Source: Myxococcota bacterium
GTDB taxonomy: Bacteria > Myxococcota_A > SURF-8 > G963663525
Length of the DNA stretch: 27,268 nt
Assembly (NCBI GenBank): GCA_963676915.2
Contig: CAXXVK010000002.1
Location: forward strand, 1-27,268
Direction of reading: 5' to 3'
The translations under genes and the position numbers were made by a program. This document shows positions 11,233-20,192 of the stretch, in pieces (positions within the stretch are counted from its first letter, which is position 1; every line of letters starts with the position of its first letter). The notes below the pieces were generated by a model. The model saw nothing but the letters and a program-made list of their open reading frames with translations. It searched no databases and had not been told where the DNA came from.

Positions 11233-11865
11233 CTAACGATGACAAATGATGCAATCGAACGGACCTTGCATGTCGTCTTTCCAGTGGCATTCCAGGCACC
11301 AGCCCATGTTGAAGGGGTTCTGCACCCGCACGATTTCGTCTTTTTCGACTTCGCCGTGACAGTCCACGCAATCCACTTTCTGCTTTCCTTCATCATTCAA
11401 CGCGGTCATGTGAGCGGCATGGTTGAAATAGACAAAATCCGGCAGGTCATGGACCTTGATCCACTCGATGGGGCGGTTCGCGTCGTAGTATTCCTTCAGT
11501 TTCAGCACCCATTCCAGATTCTGACCCACCACGGAGTGACAGTTCATGCAGATGTTTTCGGAAGGAATCCCGGCGCTACGGCCTTTGTCCACCATCGTGT
11601 GGCAGTAGCGACAAGGGATTCCCCACCCTCCGTTGTTGATTTTCTCACCGTTGGCGTCGGTTCCCCACTGCGGCTCTCCCGCCATCAGCTTGTGGTTGAA
11701 CTTGATCGGCTGGTACGGCTCATAGCCCTCACGCGGGGAGGAACATCCCACCCACGCTAGCAGCCACAGTGCCATCATCGCCAACACAGCGCCTCGGAGC
11801 CTCGTTTGCCTTCGTGTCGATTTCATCGAAAACCTGTCTCGCTTGAAAAGTGACATCGTGCTCAT
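11233..11865 (-). CDS. actA: Alternative complex III pentaheme cytochrome c ActA
   Basis: Five CxxCH motifs (CRYCH, CMNCH, CVDCH, CLECH, CIICH); GYEPYQPIKFNH, WIKVHDLPDFVYFNH, MGWC. Confidence 0.93.
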   Translation of the reverse strand: MSTMSLFKRDRFSMKSTRRQTRLRGAVLAMMALWLLAWVGCSSPREGYEPYQPIKFNHKLMAGEPQWGTDANGEKINNGGWGIPCRYCHTMVDKGRSAGIPSENICMNCHSVVGQNLEWVLKLKEYYDANRPIEWIKVHDLPDFVYFNHAAHMTALNDEGKQKVDCVDCHGEVEKDEIVRVQNPFNMGWCLECHWKDDMQGPFDCIICHR

Positions 11866-12080
11866 TGCCTCTCTCCCGTCGCGTCGGAAGGATTTGGCGT
11901 ACTTTCTTCGTTTTTGTTCGTTTCTTTGCCGCTTAAGTGTTCGTCATCATCGAACAGCATCCGTAAGGCCGGAGTTTTCAGGTCGTCGAACTGACCGGAC
12001 CGCACCGACCAGTGAAACAGCACCACGAAAAGCCCCACCAGAAGCAGGCTGATCGGCAATAAAAAAAACACCGCGTCCAT
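11862..12080 (-). CDS. ccoS: cbb3 oxidase assembly protein CcoS/FixS
   Basis: LLPISLLL...WSVRSGQFDDLKTPALRMLFDD signature. Confidence 0.93.
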   Translation of the reverse strand: MDAVFFLLPISLLLVGLFVVLFHWSVRSGQFDDLKTPALRMLFDDDEHLSGKETNKNEESTPNPSDATGERQ

Positions 12081-12092
12081 AGAATCTTCCTT

Positions 12093-14591
12093 TCACACCA
12101 CCGCAACCCTTTTCACAGGAACAAACGAACGCCCGAGCACCCCGTGGGAAATGACGGTCAACGAGCTGATCGGCATCAGCACGGCGGCGGCCAGCGGATC
12201 GATTTTCCCCATCATCGCAAGCGTGGCGCAAACAGCATTGTAAGCCAGTGAAAACAGCAAGTTACGATAGATAATCCGCAACGTGCGCCGCGACCCTTCG
12301 AGCAACTCCCACAAAGGCTCCAATCCGGGTTGGGTCAACGTGACATGCGCCGCCCCAATGGAAGCGCCGCTGCCACCCTGCACCGCAACACCCACATCCG
12401 CCTCGGCCAGTGCGGCGGCGTCGTTGACGCCATCGCCGACCATCATCACCGACACGTCGGCATTCGAGGACGTTTGCTTGAAGGTCTGTACGAGTTCGTG
12501 TTTTTCTTCGGGTAACAGCCCGCCTCGAATCGTCCGCTCGTCGAACCCAAGGGAACCTCCCACCGTTTCCGCCACAAGAGGTGAATCCCCGGAAAACAGG
12601 TGCAAATTCCACCCCAGCGCTCGTATTCGGTCGAGTACGCTTTTCGCTTCGGGACGAATCGGATCGGCAAATCCAGCCAAAGCTTTGACCTCACCAGCCA
12701 CCGCAACGACGACCGGCGTTCGAGCTTGACCGGCCAGCTTGTCGCCCCTATTTCTCCACACTTCGGACACGTCGATTCCCAACGATTCCAGGTAGCTGGA
12801 ACGACCGACTGCAACGTGGACATTCCCAACCTTTCCTTCAATACCCTGCCCCAGACTTTCACGTACGTCTCGGACATCTTCAGAAAGCTCCTTCAGGAAG
12901 GAAAATCGCGTAACAAAAGCCCGTGCCAGCGGGTGGGAAGACTGCCGTTCCACCGCAAGCACCAAGCGCGCCGTTTCATCGTCACCTTCCCACGCGACGA
13001 GTTCGAGACGTCCACCGGTCAGAGTGCCGGTTTTGTCGAACACCACGCGGCGCACCCTGCGGAGACGTTCCAACACATCGGCATCCTTGATGTAGATCCC
13101 AGCCTTGGCGGCTCGCGCCAACGCTACCGAAACGGCCACCGGCGTCGCCAATCCCAACGCACAAGGACAGGTGACCACCAGCAGAGCGATGACGTGCTCC
13201 ATCATTTTCGCGGGATCGTACACCCACCAGATTCCAGCCGTCACCGCCGCGAGAACCAACACTGCGCTTACGAAATAATGACTGACGGCATCGGCAACCT
13301 TGACGATCCTCGCCCGCCTGCCCGAGGCTTCCTCAACAAGCTTCATCAATCGCCCCAACCTCGTATCTTCGCCTTCCGCATCCACGCGGACCACCAACCG
13401 CCCCCCGAGATTCACCGCTCCGGCATAAACATCGGCCCCGGACTCCACACGGACGGGACGAGATTCTCCGGTGAGAATCGAGGTATCCAAGCTGCTTTGC
13501 CCTTCGATCACCCTGCCATCGGCGGGAGAAACGTCACCGGACAGCAACTCCACCTCGTCACCGGTGACAAGAGCTTCGATTGGAACTTCCTCGAACGTCC
13601 CGTTTTCGTTACTCTTTCGGGCGAACTCCGCTCTTCCGGCGCGTTGCATCCGTTCGGACAATTCCACCGCCGCTCGCTGGGATCTCTGTTGCAGGTATCG
13701 CCCGGCAAGCAACAAGGCGACAAGTGCGGAGGTTGAATCGAAGTAAATCGGTCCTTCGCCGGAAAGCGTCGAAACCGTGCTGTATAGAAAACCGCTTAAA
13801 ATCCCTAAAGAAATCGGAAGATCCATATGGGGAAACCGGTTTTTCAATCCAGCCAGCGCAGCAGAGAAAAACGGCAGCGCCGCATAAAAAACCACAGGAA
13901 GGCACAACAGAAAACTCACCCAGGTGAAAAACTCCCGGAAACGGGGGGCGATCCCCTCGTATTCCCCGGCATAGAGAGCGATTTCGATCAACATGATGTT
14001 CATCGCACAAGCCGCCGCCACACCGAGCCGCACCAGCAACCCGCGTTCTTCTCGTTTGCGCAGCATCGCCACATCCCCGGAACGCACGGCATGGGGTGCA
14101 TAACCATAGTCGTCGAGACGCCGGGCGATCTCGGAAAGGTCCGTTTGGTCCGGGTTCCACTCGATTTCCGCCATCGAACGTGGGAGGTCGAGACGCAGAC
14201 GGATCACGCCATCGAGATCGTCACCGATTTTTTCCACAAGCCAGACGCAGGCCGCGCAATGCACGCCCTCTAAAAAAAGCCGGATGCGTTTGTTACCGTT
14301 CGGACGTATTTCAACGTGTTTTTGCTCGAAAAGATCGTTGTCGAAATCGGTAAAGCGCCGCCCACTGACCGTCGCCGGAACGTTTTCACGAGAATCGGCG
14401 CGACGCAGACGATAGTAGTTCTGACCCAAGCCCTCGGAATGCAGAAAACCGTAGACGTGCCGACACCCGTTGCAACAGAATTGCAATTCGTCACCGGGAC
14501 GCATTTCCTCACCCGGAACCGGCGTTCCGCAATGACTGCACCGGGCTTTCGCCATCGGTTCATGCAATCGGGCTGTTTTCGTCAACGTCAT
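12093..14591 (-). CDS. ccoI: Cu-transporting P1B-type ATPase CcoI/FixI
   Basis: N-terminal CSHC...FCCNGC, HMA motif GVHCAAC, TGES, CPC, DKTGT, GDGVND, YN in TM; located in the cco cluster. Confidence 0.93.
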   Translation of the reverse strand: MTLTKTARLHEPMAKARCSHCGTPVPGEEMRPGDELQFCCNGCRHVYGFLHSEGLGQNYYRLRRADSRENVPATVSGRRFTDFDNDLFEQKHVEIRPNGNKRIRLFLEGVHCAACVWLVEKIGDDLDGVIRLRLDLPRSMAEIEWNPDQTDLSEIARRLDDYGYAPHAVRSGDVAMLRKREERGLLVRLGVAAACAMNIMLIEIALYAGEYEGIAPRFREFFTWVSFLLCLPVVFYAALPFFSAALAGLKNRFPHMDLPISLGILSGFLYSTVSTLSGEGPIYFDSTSALVALLLAGRYLQQRSQRAAVELSERMQRAGRAEFARKSNENGTFEEVPIEALVTGDEVELLSGDVSPADGRVIEGQSSLDTSILTGESRPVRVESGADVYAGAVNLGGRLVVRVDAEGEDTRLGRLMKLVEEASGRRARIVKVADAVSHYFVSAVLVLAAVTAGIWWVYDPAKMMEHVIALLVVTCPCALGLATPVAVSVALARAAKAGIYIKDADVLERLRRVRRVVFDKTGTLTGGRLELVAWEGDDETARLVLAVERQSSHPLARAFVTRFSFLKELSEDVRDVRESLGQGIEGKVGNVHVAVGRSSYLESLGIDVSEVWRNRGDKLAGQARTPVVVAVAGEVKALAGFADPIRPEAKSVLDRIRALGWNLHLFSGDSPLVAETVGGSLGFDERTIRGGLLPEEKHELVQTFKQTSSNADVSVMMVGDGVNDAAALAEADVGVAVQGGSGASIGAAHVTLTQPGLEPLWELLEGSRRTLRIIYRNLLFSLAYNAVCATLAMMGKIDPLAAAVLMPISSLTVISHGVLGRSFVPVKRVAVV

Positions 14592-14594
14592 TCG

Positions 14595-15134
14595 TCAGGA
14601 CTCCGGTCCTTGTCTCACCACGATCCGTTGGGTATCCAAAAATTCGAGTTCCCCTCGCTTCGCCTTGACATGTACTTGCCACTGACCAAGCGCAGGAAAC
14701 GTCAGCATCACCCGGTAATGACCGGGATCGTGGGGCAATTCGATCAACGCCCCTTGGCTGTTCATGCGGGTATCCGAAGGTCGAACCGCCAGCACATCAC
14801 CCGCAAGCCCGCTTACCGGCTGCTTTTTTTCGTCCGTTACGATCAAATCGACCGGCCACGGCATCCCCCGCACATACTGTGGTCCCTGAGGAAGCACGAA
14901 CCCTAAATGCCAACCGAGTTGACGGCGAACGTCACGCAAAGCGAGTTCGTCATCCCAGGCCACCGCTTTTTCGTAGTAATTCTCTTCGGGTAACACTACG
15001 CCGGAATTCAACGCGAAATACACCATCGTTCCCTGAACGGACACCATCGCGACAATCGCCAGTGTCAATCCGACCGGCCAGCGGTAATAGGATAGCCATT
15101 GCCGAAACGTTTTGAGTTCTTTCGCGTCGTTCAT
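14595..15134 (-). CDS. ccoH: FixH/CcoH-family protein
   Basis: WPVG + TM helix + ENYYEKAVAWD, RPSD...PGHY...GQW; lies between ccoG and ccoI. Confidence 0.85.
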   Translation of the reverse strand: MNDAKELKTFRQWLSYYRWPVGLTLAIVAMVSVQGTMVYFALNSGVVLPEENYYEKAVAWDDELALRDVRRQLGWHLGFVLPQGPQYVRGMPWPVDLIVTDEKKQPVSGLAGDVLAVRPSDTRMNSQGALIELPHDPGHYRVMLTFPALGQWQVHVKAKRGELEFLDTQRIVVRQGPES

Positions 15135-15142
15135 GGTCCTTC

Positions 15143-16564
15143 CTAACGGTACGGTCCCAACAAAAGAAATTCCTTGGTGAGATCCAAGCCTTTGTCCGAC
15201 TTCACCCGAAACAAGGCGTTCAAACGTCCGTTCTTGAAAACATCTCTTCCCAGCGTCACCACGAGATCAAGCGAACCGTGGGCTTGAGGATCGAGTACAA
15301 AAGGAGAAATACTTGCTGTAAACTGGGCGTTTTTCGGCTCGACCAATTCCAATTCGAAGCTTTGCGTTTCATCCGTGCGATTGGTCAGGTGTGCCACAAG
15401 CTGATTGGCCACATCCCCCGTCGGCAGGATCTTGTACACATCACGCCCGGTGCGCATCAGTTGAACATCCGCCGGTGCCCGAAACATAAGCAGGTAAGCG
15501 AACGTCGAATAAATCGTGAGAGAAACGAGAGCGTACAGCACCACACGAGGCCGCAGCCAGCGGGTCTTTCCGCCATCGAGCTCCTTGAGCGAGGTATAGC
15601 CAATCAATCCCGGAGGCTTGCCGATACGCTGCATCACCGAATCGCAGGCATCGATACATTGGGCGCACCCGATACATTCCATTTGCAGGCCACGACGAAT
15701 ATCGATGCCTGTGGGACAGGTTTTTACGCAGCGGGTGCAATCGATGCAATCGCCTGCCGGAACCTCGGAGTTTTCGCCGGTCAGCCGAATCGATCCGCGA
15801 GGCTCTCCCCGCTTGGGGTTATAGCCGATAATCTGCGTGTCTTTGTCGTACAGCAGCGTCTGTAAACGCCCGTACGGACACGTTACGGTACACATCTGCT
15901 CGCGGAAATACGTGAAATCGAACAATACGAGTGCCGTCGTAAACGCCACGGCGAAAAAGACACCTTTGTGTTCGGCAGGCGAGGAGCCAAGCTGTTCCAT
16001 CAAGGAATCCCACCCGATGAAATACGCAACGAACGTATGCGCCAGCAAGGCGCTAAACGCAAAAAACACCATAAGCTTCAAAAGCTTACGCATCCGCGAG
16101 GCGGCATCCGGCGGTTGATTCTCCCGGCGTTTTCGCAAGTAAGACGGACCTTCGAAAAACTGTTCTATCGGTCGGTAAATAAACTCCAGGTACACCGGCT
16201 GCGGACACAAAAACCCGCACCAGACCCGACCGAAAACAGAGGTTGCGATAAAGACCGTCCAGACCACCGACAATCCCAGTACCATCAGGATCACGTTATC
16301 GGTGGGGTGAAACGTCGCACCGAATACCGAAAACTGCTGCTTGGCCAGATGGAAAAACACCAACGGCTTACCACCAAGCGTGAAATGGGGCGCGAGGAGA
16401 AAAAACGCGATCAACCCCAACCCAATCCACTTTCGAAGCGAAAGGAAGCGTCCCCGGCTCGTCAACGGATGCACCCAGTTCCGTCCGCCACCGACCTTGA
16501 TGGTCGCAAGCATCTCGTCCTGCGTCGCCTGTGGAAACAAATGAGGTTTGGAGTTTCTCGCCAT
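15143..16564 (-). CDS. ccoG: cbb3 accessory polyferredoxin / cupric reductase CcoG/FixG
   Basis: GRVWCGFLCPQ, REQMCTVTCPYGRLQ, RGEPRG, CIDCTRCVKTCP, CIGCAQCIDAC. Confidence 0.95.
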   Translation of the reverse strand: MARNSKPHLFPQATQDEMLATIKVGGGRNWVHPLTSRGRFLSLRKWIGLGLIAFFLLAPHFTLGGKPLVFFHLAKQQFSVFGATFHPTDNVILMVLGLSVVWTVFIATSVFGRVWCGFLCPQPVYLEFIYRPIEQFFEGPSYLRKRRENQPPDAASRMRKLLKLMVFFAFSALLAHTFVAYFIGWDSLMEQLGSSPAEHKGVFFAVAFTTALVLFDFTYFREQMCTVTCPYGRLQTLLYDKDTQIIGYNPKRGEPRGSIRLTGENSEVPAGDCIDCTRCVKTCPTGIDIRRGLQMECIGCAQCIDACDSVMQRIGKPPGLIGYTSLKELDGGKTRWLRPRVVLYALVSLTIYSTFAYLLMFRAPADVQLMRTGRDVYKILPTGDVANQLVAHLTNRTDETQSFELELVEPKNAQFTASISPFVLDPQAHGSLDLVVTLGRDVFKNGRLNALFRVKSDKGLDLTKEFLLLGPYR

Positions 16565-16602
16565 GTCGTTACGTCGTAAAAATCCTATTTCATTTCATAA
16601 AG

Positions 16603-17196
16603 TTACGGTGCTTTCTCGGGAAGTTTTTCCATCGTTACAGGCGTTCCCTGGGGTGCCCGAGCATTCGGGGGATTCGTTCCCTGGATACTACGGACATACG
16701 CCGCCAGTCCGGTAATGACCTCAGGCTTGAAAGCTCTCCCCCACGGCGGCATTCCCTTGGCAGGAACGCCTTTGGTTATCGTGGTCCAGATTTGCGCGAC
16801 CTCGCCGCCGTGAATCCAGAAAGGATCGGTCAGGTTGGGACCGATCAAACCCTGAGCCTGATCTCCATGGCAGGCCGCACAGGTTTTGATGAATTGATCT
16901 TTTCCCAACGCCAGGGCTTTTTCATCGACGGCAGCGGCCAGCAACTCGCTAGTGGTTGGCGGCACAACCGGATTGGCTACGTAATAATCCTGAATGGCTT
17001 TGTAATCGGTCAGCAATTCCGCCTGATAGCCGGACTGAATCGAGCTACCATAATTGAAGCCATAATAGAAAATGTAGAAGATGGCGAAAATGATCGTCCC
17101 GTACAGCAGCCACATGAACCATTCGGGAAACGGATTGTCGTACTCCCGAATCCCATCGGAGTCATGATCAAGCAATTTATCTTTGAATTCAGCCAT
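16603..17196 (-). CDS. ccoP: cbb3 oxidase subunit III CcoP, short monoheme form
   Basis: FixP N-terminus HDSDGIREYDNPFPEW, one CAACH, GPNLTD, KGMPPW. Confidence 0.92.
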   Translation of the reverse strand: MAEFKDKLLDHDSDGIREYDNPFPEWFMWLLYGTIIFAIFYIFYYGFNYGSSIQSGYQAELLTDYKAIQDYYVANPVVPPTTSELLAAAVDEKALALGKDQFIKTCAACHGDQAQGLIGPNLTDPFWIHGGEVAQIWTTITKGVPAKGMPPWGRAFKPEVITGLAAYVRSIQGTNPPNARAPQGTPVTMEKLPEKAP

Positions 17197-17206
17197 TTAC
17201 AAGACC

Positions 17207-17404
17207 TCACTCCCCTTCTTCGGCAGGACTGCCACCGTCGTTTCCCTTCGGCTCATCCAAAGGAATTCGCCCCCACTGCCGGTACTTGCTGCGATCTCCG
17301 GAAAAGATGGATACGACGACAAAGACAAACGCCAGCACAAACAACACCAAACCGATCACGGCATAGATTTCCATTCCGGCTCCGGCTACCAGTTCGCTTT
17401 TCAT
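17207..17404 (-). CDS. ccoQ: cbb3 oxidase small subunit CcoQ (65 aa)
   Basis: MKSELV...GLVLFVLAFVFVVV...RIPLDE; single TM; ATG at 17404 overlaps the ccoNO stop (ATGA). Confidence 0.85.
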   Translation of the reverse strand: MKSELVAGAGMEIYAVIGLVLFVLAFVFVVVSIFSGDRSKYRQWGRIPLDEPKGNDGGSPAEEGE

Positions 17405-19641
17405 GGTGTCCCGCTTTCCGTTTGGACACTCAACGGTTGCAAGCCGGTTTCCCGCCAGCGGATATCCATTCCCAAGCGCTGCAAGTAGGCGGTAAGAGCC
17501 ATGATTTCTTTTTTCGCCAACCCTTCGGGACCGGTCTGCGCCACCACTTCCTCGGATATGGCATTCGCCTGCTGCTCGATCGATTCGAGCGCGTGTTCGA
17601 TATCCGCGTCCGAATACGGCACGCCGAGACGAACCATCGTCCTCATTTTGGCCTGAATATCGGACAGGTCGAGATCGTCTTCCAGAATATGCGGAAAGGC
17701 GGGCATCAGCGATCCGGGGGTGGTACTGGGCGGAAGCTCCATATGCCGTACGTGCCACAGGTGGGGATATTTTTCACCCACCCGGTGCAGGTCGGGACCG
17801 GTTCGCTTCGACCCCCACTGGAACGGATGATCGTAGACGAATTCTCCCGGCTTGGAATATTCGCCGTAACGTTCCGTTTCATGGCGGAAGGGTCGGACCA
17901 TCTGCGAATGACACAGGTAACAACCTTCCCGAAGGTAGATATCCCTACCGAGCAATTCCAACGGCGTATACGGTTTTACGCTGGCGATTTTCGGCACGTT
18001 GTCTCCGGCCAGAAACAGCGGAACCGCTTCGACCAGCGAGCCTATCGATACCGCGATCACGACCAGCACGGTAAACGTCAACGGCATGCGCTCCAACGCC
18101 CTGTGAAATCCATGGCTGAGCCAATGCTGAACGCGGTACAAAGCAGCATCCATACTGCGGGGCCCGTGCGCGAGTGAAGCCTCGGGAATCGCCGGACCGG
18201 TTTCGCGCTCCAGAGCGGGGGCGCGGACCTCTTCTTCCACGGCGTAGCCTTCAGGTGCGCTGAAAATCGTTCGATACAGGTTGTAGGTCATCAGGAATAC
18301 GCCGCCGAGATAGAAAATCCCACCGACCAGCCGCAACCAGTACATCGGCGTCAGTTTCAAGGCGGTTTCGATGAATTCCGGATAGACCAGACGGCCATCC
18401 GCTTCGAAAGCGCTCCACATCAAACCTTCCCAGATCCCCGCCACCCACATGGCAACCATATAGGAAACGATGCCAATGGTCCCGATCCAGAAGTGAATTT
18501 CAGCCATCTTGACGCTATGCAGTTTGGTTTTCCACAGGCGAGGCACCATCCAATACAACGCACCGAAGGTAATGAAGCCATTCCACCCCAACACCCCGGA
18601 ATGAACGTGGCCGATGGTCCAGTCGGTATAGTGGCTCAACGCATTGACCGATTTGACCGCCAGCACCGGTCCTTCGAAAGTGGACATACCGTAAAACGTG
18701 ACACCCAGCATGAGGAATTTCAGGATCGGGTCTTCCCGTACTTTGTTCCAAGCGCCTCGCAAGGTGAACAGGCCGTTGATCATTCCGCCCCAGCTCGGCA
18801 CCCAGAGCACTACCGAAAACACCATCCCCAACGTGCTCGCCCAGCCGGGAAGTGCCGTATAATGGAGATGATGCGGACCGGCCCAGATGTACACGAAGAT
18901 CAGCGCCCAGAAATGCAGAATCGAAAGCTGGTAGCTGAACACGGGCCTTTCGGCGGCCTTGGGAAGGTAATAATACATCAACCCGAGAAACGGAGTGGTA
19001 AAGACGAAGGCCACGGCATTGTGTCCGTACCACCACTGAATCAGAGCATCGTGTACCCCTGAATACATGGAGTAACTACCCAGCCAGGAATACGGAATCG
19101 CCAGAGAATTGAAAATATGAAGCATCGCCACAGTGATGATGGTGGCGATATAGAACCAGATCGCAACGTACAAATGAGGTTCGCGGCGTTTGAGAATGGT
19201 GCCGAAAAAGTTGATCGCGAACACCACCCACAAAATCGTCAACACGACATCCAGACTCCACGGCAGCTCGGCGTATTCCTTGGCCTGAGTGTGGCCGGTC
19301 AACAAGCACAACGCCCCGGCAACGATCAATAGCTGCCATCCCCAGAAATGGATTTTCGACAACAGGTCGCTAAACATTCTCGCCTTGAGCAACCGTTGCG
19401 ACGAGTAATAGACCCCGGCGAAGATGATATTGCCGCAGAAAGCGAAAATCACTGCATTGGTGTGGATGGGGCGCAAACGACCAAAGGTCAGGTATGGTGC
19501 AAGATTGAGATCGGGCATGAATAAAAGCGAGGCGACCACCACCCCCATACTCATCCCGACAATCGCCCAAAATACCGTCGCGTGAACAAACAGCCGGACC
19601 GTCTTGTCATCGTAACGAAACGTCTCGATTCTCTCACTCAT
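17401..19641 (-). CDS. ccoN: Fused cbb3 oxidase subunits I and II (CcoN-CcoO)
   Basis: GRLRPIHTN, KEYAE, QWWYGHNAV, WAGPHHLH, STFEG, GHVHSG, then the CcoO domain YLREGCYLCHSQMVRP, WGSKRTGPDL, SLMP. ATG 19641 preferred over GTG 19653. Confidence 0.97.
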   Translation of the reverse strand: MSERIETFRYDDKTVRLFVHATVFWAIVGMSMGVVVASLLFMPDLNLAPYLTFGRLRPIHTNAVIFAFCGNIIFAGVYYSSQRLLKARMFSDLLSKIHFWGWQLLIVAGALCLLTGHTQAKEYAELPWSLDVVLTILWVVFAINFFGTILKRREPHLYVAIWFYIATIITVAMLHIFNSLAIPYSWLGSYSMYSGVHDALIQWWYGHNAVAFVFTTPFLGLMYYYLPKAAERPVFSYQLSILHFWALIFVYIWAGPHHLHYTALPGWASTLGMVFSVVLWVPSWGGMINGLFTLRGAWNKVREDPILKFLMLGVTFYGMSTFEGPVLAVKSVNALSHYTDWTIGHVHSGVLGWNGFITFGALYWMVPRLWKTKLHSVKMAEIHFWIGTIGIVSYMVAMWVAGIWEGLMWSAFEADGRLVYPEFIETALKLTPMYWLRLVGGIFYLGGVFLMTYNLYRTIFSAPEGYAVEEEVRAPALERETGPAIPEASLAHGPRSMDAALYRVQHWLSHGFHRALERMPLTFTVLVVIAVSIGSLVEAVPLFLAGDNVPKIASVKPYTPLELLGRDIYLREGCYLCHSQMVRPFRHETERYGEYSKPGEFVYDHPFQWGSKRTGPDLHRVGEKYPHLWHVRHMELPPSTTPGSLMPAFPHILEDDLDLSDIQAKMRTMVRLGVPYSDADIEHALESIEQQANAISEEVVAQTGPEGLAKKEIMALTAYLQRLGMDIRWRETGLQPLSVQTESGTP

Positions 19642-19991
19642 CGCGTTCCCCACCTGGAAAGAATAACTTCCATCGACTTCCTAGATATTCCGCCACAACT
19701 TTGATTCACGTCCGGATCATCGAATGCAAATTTGATCCATTCCGTGATGGTTCGCTACGAACGCTGTCAACCGTGCGGTACATCCATGCTGTAAAGGGCT
19801 GTCATTGCAAAGAATAATCACTTTATCATAGCCATATCGATTGGGCAACCATCCCCAAGAAAACAAAGCAAAGCTTCAATAGATTTCAGGAGTAGATCCC
19901 TAAAAAACCGTTTTTACTCATCCTCAATTATTCGAAGCGTCGAGTCGTCTTGATAAATCATCTTGTGCCAAACACCTGAAACACTTTAAAT

Positions 19992-20005
19992 TTAATCAAT
20001 ATCAA
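19992..20005. promoter_or_regulatory. Candidate FNR/CRP-family binding box upstream of ccoNO
   Basis: TTAAT-CAAT-ATCAA matches TTGAT-N4-ATCAA at 9 of 10 positions; AT-rich context lowers specificity. Confidence 0.4.
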
Positions 20006-20192
20006 CTAGCAATAGCTGTTCTTAATAATTTGTCCAAATTTATGGGTCAAAAAAGACAGGTATCCGTAAAAACGATACTAACAGTGTAACTCGCCCTGGA
20101 TACACCGCCATGTTTCAAATCATTGGGAAACGTTTTTTTGTGGAATCTTCAACGATGACAACCAAAGATTCGACATCGTAGGTACAAAAATG

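Noticed and set aside
11205-11396. N-terminal 64-aa extension of ActB in the ORF track
   Set aside because: Overlaps actA heme motifs in another frame; the RBS and Tat motif position favour ATG 11204.
17405-17758. Long N-terminal extension of the ccoQ ORF
   Set aside because: Lies inside the ccoO domain in another frame; the real start is the ATGA overlap at 17404.
16531-18177. 548-aa plus-strand ORF
   Set aside because: Antisense shadow of ccoO/Q/P with no recognisable motifs; long antisense frames are common with this codon bias.
19725-19740. sigma54-like promoter TGGATCAAATTTGCA on the minus strand
   Set aside because: GG-to-GC spacing is 9 rather than the required 10 nt.
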